From NCBI GenBank assembly GCA_965153355.1, contig OZ231126.1:24924001-24988000 (forward strand): a stretch of DNA of 64,000 nucleotides. Reading direction: 5' to 3'. A program made the position numbers and the translations under genes. Shown piece by piece: positions 54,882 to 64,000 of this stretch. Under the pieces are notes generated by a model, which was given only the letters and a program-made list of their open reading frames with translations, ran no database searches and had not been told where the DNA came from. The first letter of the stretch is position 1. Each line of letters starts with the position of its first letter. The DNA comes from Flaccisagitta enflata (taxonomy: Eukaryota).

Positions 54882-54883
54882 GC

Positions 54884-54977
<94 letters not shown>

Positions 54978-56027
54978 GTGTGTGTTTGGTTCCTGCCTTT
55001 GATTTTCGATAAGAAATTAAGTCAGCCTCTGGGGCATTTATTTTGTACGTTTCTACAAAGCGGCTCCGGATTTCCTCCACGATTAAGGAAGCCGATCATC
55101 GTTACTCATTTTTGCCTTTTTACGTCCCTTCCTTTTCTTTCCTTTCTTTTTTTAATGTGGTCGATATGAAGTGAAATTAAGCAAGGCCGTCGTGCGAGGA
55201 GAAGATAATGAATACCAATAAGGCCAGCAAAAAAAAAAAAGAAAAAAAAAGTGGTTCGCGCCCGCAAAACTTGTCGTGGTTTTTCCTATTTTCTGGTATT
55301 TTTTTGCGAGATCGAGTTTGCGCTTAAGTAAAAGTTTTTTTTCCTTCACAATTTAGCTCTTGACTCTCATATTCATTTTTCATTGATTCCTCAAAGTTGT
55401 CGTGTCGTTTCTCAATTTCATTTCTTTTTCTGTATATTAGTTTTTACCATCCTCTCTTCCCGTTCCGCTTCCCGTTCTATTTTCCTCCTTCTTACCCTCG
55501 CACTCTTTCCTCTTTTCCTGTTCCTTCGCTTCATTCTCCTCCTCTCCTTTTCCTCTTTCTTTGCCTCGCTCTAAACTTCTTCTTTTCCTCTTTCTCTGAT
55601 TTGCTCTCAATTTCTCCTTCGTCTTTTCCTTCTCCTTTGCTTTGCTCTCATCTTCTCCTTCTTTTCCTCGTTCTTCGCTACGCTCTCATCTTCTACTTCT
55701 TTTCCTTTTCCTTCTCTTTGCTCTCATCTTCTCCTTCTTTTCCTCATTCTTAGCTTCGCTCTCATCTTCTCCTTCTTTTCCTCTTTCTCTGCTTTGCTCT
55801 CAATATCTCCTTCGTCTTTTCCTTTTCCTTCACTTTGCTCTCATCTTCTCCTTCTTTTCCTCGTTCTTCGCTTCGCTCTCATCCTCTCCTTTTCCTCTTT
55901 CTTTGCTCTCATCTTCTCCTTCTTTTCCTCGTTCTTTGCTTTGCTCTCATCTTCTCTTAGCGACGGGAAAACAAGATGTAAATATATTGAAATGAGATGG
56001 AAATCACCGACGAGGAAAAAGAAGCCT

Positions 56028-56445
56028 GATCTAGCAGCAGTGATGTAGGATGGAAGGGGGTTTATCAGCAGTGAAGTAGGGTAGTGGGGGTTTTATAAGG
56101 AGCTGGATCTTGCAGCAGTGAAGAAGGGTAGAGGGGGTTTTATCAGGAGCTGGATCTAGCAGCGGTGAAATAGGATGGAGGGGGTTTTGTCAGGAGCGGG
56201 TTCTAGAAGCAGTGAAGTAGGGTAGAGGGGGTTTCATCAGAAGGGTCTAGCCGCAATCATGTAGGATGGAGGAGGTTTATTAGGAACAGGATCTAGCAGC
56301 AGTGAAGTAGGATGGAGGGGTTTTTGTCAGGAGCGGGATTTAACTGCAGTGAAGTAGGATAGAGGGGGTTTTATCAAGAGCAGGATCTAGCAGCAGTGAA
56401 GTAGGATGGAGGAGGTTTATTAGGAACAGGATCTAACAGCAAAGA
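56028..56445. repeat. ~46-bp minisatellite, ~9 copies
   Basis: GATCTAGCAGCAGTGAAGTAGGATGGAGGGGGTTTTATCAGGAGC-like units. Confidence 0.85.
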
Positions 56446-56808
56446 GGTAGGATAAGGGGGAATTCGTGATCGTTAGAGCGATCTGATAGCATTTTAAGTA
56501 CGACAGGGATGTAGCAGCAGCAAGAGAGAGTGAGAGGGGCTTCAAAACATATAATCTGATAGCAGTGAAATATCAGGAAAAAAGTGAGAAGTGAGGGTAT
56601 CAAGGAGATTGCCATTCGCGCCTTTTTTCGCGCGCGAAATGAATTTTCACTCCCAATTCTTGAGTTATTTCTCATGTCTTTTCCCTCCACAGCAGAAATA
56701 TATCGTCCTGTCAATTCTTGGAATATTTCTTGATGTCCCTTCGTCTTTATTCTCAGTCATTTTGTCGTCAAGTGGAAAGAGGCAAGGCGCCAGCCGGATA
56801 TTAATCTT

Positions 56809-56911
<103 letters not shown>

Positions 56912-56929
56912 CCCTCTTTTCCTTCTCCC

Positions 56930-57365
56930 TTTTTGGGCAGCGGCCCCGAAGGGCCGATGTCCTGTAGGAGACAGGGGTGAATTTCCATACGTCCGTACGT
57001 CCCCCCCCCCGACGCTTCTCAAGCCTCAAATTCCCATTGAATAATATGGGAAATTGATAAATTATTAATTTCCCATTGAATAACATTGAAAATTTACAAG
57101 ACAGCAAAAAATGCATCTTCCCCATTGAATGTCATGGAAAATACAAAAAAAATTGAAAAAAATCCAAAATTCTCATTGAATATCATGGTAAATAACTACC
57201 AAGGCTTCAAATATGCCCTCTCAGGACATGGCAATTCACCCCTGTGTCCTACAGTATGTCGGCCCTTTGGGGCCGCTGCCCTGCTCTCACTCCTTTTCTT
57301 CAACTAATCACTCCAAGCAGGGCATCGGGTACCGCTGACCATGTGCGATCCTTAGATGACTTGTT
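56930..57365 (+). mobile_element. GGGCAGCGGCCCC-family element (type iii variant)
   Basis: Head, inverted sub-terminal copy, and tail GGGCATCGGGTACCGCTGACCATGTGCGATCC. Carries a different internal repeat (TTCCCATTGAA). Confidence 0.75.
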
Positions 57366-57636
57366 CTCTTCCCAAGCTCGCTCGCACCAAGAGCAACACC
57401 CCAATTTTGCTCCACAAGAAACCTTTGATCTCATGGCTTATGAGATGATGGCTTTTTGAGAAATTGATGGTCATCGGTGAGTCAGCGTTGGTTTTCTGGA
57501 AATAGTCGTTTGTAACCAATAAATACACACTTGGGACTTTCTGTTCTTGCGTAAGATAGTTGGCCAGACAGAAGACAGAAGACAGAATCCGATGTTTTTT
57601 AATCTGGTTGCCAACTGAATGATACCTTTGATATCT

Positions 57637-58252
57637 CACTGGTGTCTCAAATAAGGTTTGAGACAAGAATGATATTACTATGCGGTTTTTTGCATTTTTG
57701 CATAGTTTATGAGTATACAAACCAAGAACCATCAAGTAGAAAATCTTTCCCAAGGCGCCTTTTGAAAAAAATGAAAACTTCAAGATTTTCAGCATTATGT
57801 TGCATAGATAATTTTTCAGGTTGGTTTGACCTATTTTTAGACAGAATAATGTTAATCCTGAAAAAATTCCCTTTCATTTGATAGGTCGCACTGTATGGTT
57901 TTGAAAAAAAATGAAATATTCAAATTTTAGGCCACCGTTGTAATTTTGTAACGGTGGCTATAAAAATGAAAATTTTATTTCTTCTGAAAACTGTATAGTG
58001 CGACCTATCAAATGAAAGGGAATTTTATCAGGATTAACATTATGCTGTCAAAAAATAAGTCCAACCAACCTGAAAAATATTTTATGCAAAATGAAGCTAG
58101 GAATCTTTAGTTTTTCAGTTATTTCAAAAGGCGCCTTGGGAAAGATTTTCTACTTGATGGTTCTTGGTTTGTATACTCATAAACTCTGCAAAAATGCAAA
58201 AAACCGCATAGTAATATCATTCTTGTCTCAAACCTTATGTGAGACAGCAGTG
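57637..58252. mobile_element. Almost fully palindromic 616-bp MITE with CAC...GTG termini and 4-bp TSD
   Basis: CACTGGTGTCTCAAATAAGGTTTGAGAC / GTCTCAAACCTTATGTGAGACAGCAGTG, with ATCT on both flanks. The arms meet at GCCACCGTT...AACGGTGGC (57931-57958). Confidence 0.88.
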
Positions 58253-59320
58253 ATCTGTCCTCACTCATGACAAGGCCATGAACTACGAAGAAAATGAACA
58301 AAATAAAAAAAATGAAAACTGAAAAATAGTGTGCGTGCAGCGAAATTTGGTGAAAGTGAGTGAGAACTAATATTGACATTTTTATTTTCTTCAGGTAAAA
58401 CACTGAATAACATAACAGAATGCATTACTTTGGTTGTACAGTTGAAACCTGCTAAAAAGGATTTCAATGGACGGACAATTTTCTTCTGTTACATGCGGAC
58501 TTATGTTATTGCCAACACAGGAAATGATAGAAATAAGCTTAAAGGGATTATCAATATGCATCAATTATGGGCGGAATTCCGTTGGTGGCAGGTCCATTAG
58601 ATCGGGATTCAACTGTATCCATTATAAATTTCCTCGCTGACATAACTTAAAGATACATTTTCAAAAAGAATGTATTACGTCATGATGGACTTTACTTGTG
58701 TTTCTTTTTTCTCGCGTGAGTATGTTCCATAATCCACACTCAACGCTTGTTTCGTTCCTTCTTTTTTCTTCCTCCGTTTTTCGCCTAAACTTATCTCCTT
58801 TTTTGCCGAAGGACAAAATACTTTAGTGCTTTCCTAAGTAGTCAGAGGCAGGTTTTACCGAATGCCTTCATTTTGAGTCTTTTACCACTCATCATCTTTT
58901 GGCTAAGCATAGGTGGAGAAGAAAATAGCGCCATTGGGAAAAGGGGGGCTGTAGGGTTGGTGAGTTCTGACGGCAGGGCGAAAATGGATACGACTAAAAC
59001 AACAATATGACTCTTTGTTTTTGTGGCGATTCAGCACTCAGCATTGTTTATATTACCCCACCTTTCTGAAGTCTTTTTTTGTCCCAGTCAGTATTATGTA
59101 ATCACCCAAATTACCTTAATCATGACATATACTACGTGGGAAAAAGATACAAAAAAAGAATTAAAAAGAAAATTTACATAACAAAAGAATGTACAAACTG
59201 AAAGCAATCTCGTCTTTCCAGCTTTATTCATTTAGACCACTACGCCAATACACTCCCGTATTCCCTGTGAGCCTCACTTCAAATGACATTGTTTTCTGTC
59301 TGTTTTCCTCGTTTTCCTCC

Positions 59321-59920
59321 TGCCACAAATGAGGTCTCGTCTCCCCCATCACCCTCACTCTAAATGGCAATGTATTCTGTCTCTTTTCCTCATGTCCCTC
59401 TTGCCACAAATGAGCTCTCGTCTCCTCTATCACCCTCACTCCAAATGGCAATGTATTCTGTCTCTTTACTTTATGTTCCTCTTGCCACAAATGAGGTCTC
59501 GTCTCCCCTATCACCAGCACTCCAAATGGCAATGTATTCTGTCTCTTTTCTTCATGTTCTTCTTGCCACAAATGAGCTCTCGTCTCCTCTATCACCCTCA
59601 CTCCAAATGGCAATGTATTCTGTCTCTTTTCCTCATGTCCCTCTTGACACAAATGAGGTCTCGTCTCCCCTATCACCAGCACTCCAAATGGCAATGTATT
59701 CTGTCTCTTTTCTTCATGTTCCTCTTGCCACAAATGAGGTCTCGTCTCCCCCATCACCCTCACTCCAAATGGCAATGTATTCTGTCTCTTTTCCTCATGT
59801 CCCTCTTGACACAAATGAGGTCTCGTCTCCCCCATCACCCTCACTCTAAATGGCAATGTATTCTGTCTCTTTTCTTCATGTTCCTCTTGCCACAAATGAC
59901 CTCTCGTCTCCCCCATCACC
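59321..59920. repeat. 81-bp minisatellite, ~7.4 copies
   Basis: TGCCACAAATGAGGTCTCGTCTCCCC... units at 59321, 59402, 59483, 59564, 59645, 59726, 59807 and 59888. Confidence 0.93.
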
Positions 59921-60795
59921 TTTACTTTCAACGTCATTGTTTTCCGTCTCCCTTCTCACTTAGTCATCCGTCCTCGTCTCCGTTCCGCCAACTTTACACT
60001 TCCGTTTTCCTTGAAAGCCTCACCTTCAATGACATTTTCCCCGTCTCCCCCCGCCACCCAACACATATCCAGATCCAACCATCACGAAAATTAAGCACAT
60101 GTCACCTCCAAATCGCCCCGTCATCTCCACCAAATCACCTACACACTGCTCCACATCCCACCGCTACAAAAAATAAGCACCTGTCACCCGCAAATCACCA
60201 CATCATCACCACCAATTCACCTACACCCTGCTCCACATCCCACCACTAACATAGTGACTAAGAAAAATAAGCACCACGTCCTTACCACCAATTCACCTAT
60301 ACCCACGTGCCTTTGATGTACCCATATCACTCTCACTTTCAATGCTATTTTTTTCCCTTTCCCTTCTCACATTGTCTTCGTCTCCCCCCACCACCCAAGT
60401 GCTCTCGTGTCCCCCTATCAGCCTCACTTTAACGTCGTTTTGTTCCTTTTTTGGTTCGCAGATGTCCTTCCAAGTGATGATTGATCCTCTCATAGCGGCG
60501 CCATCTTTCTTTCATCCCGCCTCCATCTTTCATTCTTCATCTTTACTACTTTTTTCCTTTGTGTCTTTCTTCTTGATTTTTTTTCTTTTTCTTTTTCGTT
60601 CTTTTCTCTTGCTTGTTCATCGATTTTTTTTTTCTTTATTTTTTGTCTTATTCTCTTTTCTATTTTATGTCCTTTGCTCTTCTTCTTCTTTTCTTCTTTT
60701 TCTTTTTCTTTTTCTTTTTCTTTTTCTTTTTCTTTTTCTTTTTCTTTTTCTTTTTCTTTTTCTTTTTCTTTTTTTTTTCCTGTTTTGGGCAGCGG

Positions 60796-60852
<57 letters not shown>

Positions 60853-61325
60853 TTTACTTCTTCTACTTCTTCTACTACATTTTGCTACTATTCTTAGCCA
60901 AAAAACTTTTCTTCTTCTTATTATTCTTCATGTCCATCATCATCATTACTATCATCATCTTCTTCTTTTTGTTTTTCTTTTTCTTTTTCTTTTTCTTCTT
61001 CTTCTTCTTCTTCTTATTCTTCTTCTTCTTCTTCTCCTTCGTCTTCTTTTTCGACATCCTCCTCTTCTCCTACCTCTTCTTCTTTTATCATGCCAAACAT
61101 CTTCCATTGTCGCCCGTTTTGAAATTCCTCCGATGATGGCGATGATCATGCGGCAGACAAAAATTCAAAACATGCGGAGAAACAAAACAAAGCAAAGGAA
61201 GAAAATGTTGATAGCTGGATTGAAAACAAACCTCGTGAGTTGGGTCTGAAGTTGTTGTTGTCGTTGTTGTTGTTGTAGTTGACGTAGGATTCAAAGAGCG
61301 ATGCCAATGACGATGAATTTCAAGT

Positions 61326-61523
<198 letters not shown>

Positions 61524-62224
61524 GTATGCCTGGGTCTGTGGCTGTGTGTTTCTCAAGGCTTTTGATAGGTCATTAACGTATACGAGTAAAACAAACATCA
61601 CAATCTGACGGAGAGTAAAGTGTTAAAGGCTATGGAAAAGGAAGAGAAAGAAAAATAAAAGAAGATAACATCTACGAAGGGATTGTTGGTAGGAATGATA
61701 TTGCTAGTTTTAGTACAAGGTTAAAGTAAGGAGACTTTACCAGTATCTTCATTGCGTATTTGAAGATTTCTTTTTAGTTTGATGTTCTCGCCAGATTATT
61801 ACAAGTAAGTAATGAACTAATTTCCCTACTTTAAGTGAGAAATTTCTTAATCGTCATATAAGGTACTGACAGAGATAACTGCGGCGGTGGAGGTATGTTC
61901 CGCTCTTGCAACAAATCCATGGTGAGTGCGCTGAAAACCTAATAAGAATGTTTTAAGATGGAGGAGAAGTTGGAGCGGAGGTAAAGTGGGTGATGGAGAA
62001 GGGAAGAGTAGGATCTTGAGAACAAGACAGTGGGTGAAACTGACTGAGGAATGATGAAAGAGAGGAAAGAAGAAGCAAGGAGTAGGAGGAGGAGGAGAAG
62101 GAGGAGGAGGAGGAGAGGGAGAAAAAGAGAAGAAGGAGGCGAGGAAGAGGATAAAATCTTTAGAATGTGAAAAGAAAGTCGTAAAATTCTTTCGGGGTCA
62201 CGATTTCCATCCTTGGGGCCACCG

Positions 62225-62640
62225 AGGCGTCGCTCCCACTCTTCCTCTCCATTATCAACACCCCTTCCAATTCATCACCCTCTCTCTTTCACTATCATCT
62301 TCCGTTATCACCCCTGTCACTAGTATCGCAACTCTTCCTTAAGACCACCAAGACGTCACTCCCACTCTTCCTCTCCATTATCATCACCCCTCAATTCATC
62401 ACCCTCTCTATTTCACTATCATCTTCCGTTATCACCCCTGTCACTAGTATCGCCATTCTTCCTTAAGACCACCAAGGCTCCGCTCCCACTCTTCCTCTCC
62501 ATTATCATCACCCCTTCCAATTCATCACCCTATTCTCTTTCACTATCATCTTACGTTATCACCCCTGTCACTAGTATCACCCTTCTTCCTTGACACCACC
62601 AAGGCGTCATTCCCTCCCCGCTCCATTATCACCCCATATC
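62225..62640. repeat. ~125-bp tandem repeat, ~3.3 copies
   Basis: CTCCCACTCTTCCTCTCCATTATC at 62233, 62359 and 62483. Confidence 0.88.
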
Positions 62641-63155
62641 CAATATCACCCTCCCACTCCCTGTCTCTTCCTACGTTCTCTTCTGTTGCCAGTGGCAACA
62701 TGCCACCCCTGTCTCTCCGGAAAGGGCCTCCCTTCATCTTCAACTATCAGTCTATCACCCCTGTTACCAGTCCGATTCTCTCCCTTTCATCAGCATCAAC
62801 TTCCATTTTCCGTTTTATACATATCTGCCTCCTCACCTTTCTCGTCACTGTCACTTTAGCTATGGTCATTCTTAAATCCATTGCTGTAAACACCATCCTT
62901 TTCACCTTTCTTAAAAACACTCAACACCAACCTCCCAACTTGAACCAGATCATCCCAACAACCCATCACCCACAACCCACAACCCATCACCCTTGTCGGC
63001 TTTGGATATATATTCTGCGATCTGGTTTGTTTCTCTCCTCTGTATTTCTTTTACACTCTTTTCAAAAAGTATTTCACGCGCTGAGATATCTTTCAAATTT
63101 CCCTCGGGACTAAATTCTATCCGTCATTCCATTCTCACACGTCTCTCTCTCTCTC

Positions 63156-63259
<104 letters not shown>

Positions 63260-63309
63260 ATCTCTGTTTCCCACTTCTTTTCGTTCTCAACATTCTTTTT
63301 TTCCTTCCC

Positions 63310-64000
63310 TTTTTTGGGCAGCGGCCCCGAAGGGGACAAAGTCCTGTAGAACACAGGGGGACTTTTGTTTTTGGGCAGCGGCCCTGAAGGGGACAAAGTC
63401 CTGTAGAACACAGGGGTACTTTCGTTCGTCCGTCCGTCCATCCGTTTGTTCGTCCATCCCCCCCCATCAGGCCTCTCAGGCCTCAAATCAGGCCTCTCAA
63501 GCCTCTAATCTGGCCTCTCAAGCCTCAATTCCGGCCTCTCAGGCCTTATCTGGCCTTGAAGGCTTCAAATCTGGCCTGCCAGGCCCCACACCTGGCCTTG
63601 CAGGCCTCAAATTAGCCCTCTCAGGCCTCAAATTAGCCCTCTTAGGCCTCAAATTAGCCCTCTCAGGTCTTAGATCTAGCCTCTCAATCCTCAAATCCAG
63701 CCTCTCTAATATGGCCTCTCAGGCCTCAAATCTGGTCTGTCAGGCCTCAAATCCGGCCTGTCACACCTGATGGCCTCAAACCTGGCCTCCTGAGCCTCAA
63801 GCTAGCCTTGGAAAAGCCTTCATACTCTTGAAGGCCTTCAATCAGCTGATTATAGCATCTCATCAACATTTTCAGGCAGGACGAACGAAAGTCCCCCTGT
63901 GTTCTACATGACTTCATCCCCTTCGGGGCCGCTGCCCTGCTACCCCTCACACAAATTCACAATCATGCAAAGCAGGGCAACAGGTATCGCTGACCACATA
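63310..64000 (+). mobile_element. GGGCAGCGGCCCC-family element (type i) with duplicated head, running off the window end
   Basis: Two heads at 63310 and 63367. The tail GGTATCGCTGACCACATA is at the window edge. Confidence 0.75.

Noticed and set aside
59321-59920. CRISPR-like array (also 4342-4533, 56028-56445, 62225-62640)
   Set aside because: These are contiguous tandem units without unique spacers, with no cas genes and a eukaryotic context.

Overview
Eukaryotic genomic DNA, most likely a marine invertebrate or arthropod (inferred from the repeat types and GT-AG introns). No prokaryotic features were found, and almost all entries in the ORF track are microsatellite or transposon artefacts. 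Supported genes: (1) a three-exon minus-strand gene (13006-12934, 11732-11434, 10980-10741; 203 aa) encoding a secreted F5/8-type-C / F-type-lectin-like protein; (2) two tandem paralogous plus-strand genes for 75-76 aa two-repeat beta-thymosin/WH2 proteins (27708-27938, 38145-38372), each with a homologous upstream non-coding exon. Positions 1-38 kb are a dense nest of non-autonomous DNA elements. These include two groups of Helentron/HINE-like elements with covarying terminal hairpins and internal satellites, long palindromic hAT-type elements (8-bp TSD), three CAC...GTG elements with 4-bp TSDs (Chapaev/CMC-like), a 9-bp-TSD MITE and a deleted Tc1 element, nested up to four or five deep. Positions 39-64 kb are transposon-poor, with long pure microsatellites separating short unique islands that carry homeodomain/TALE-like motifs.
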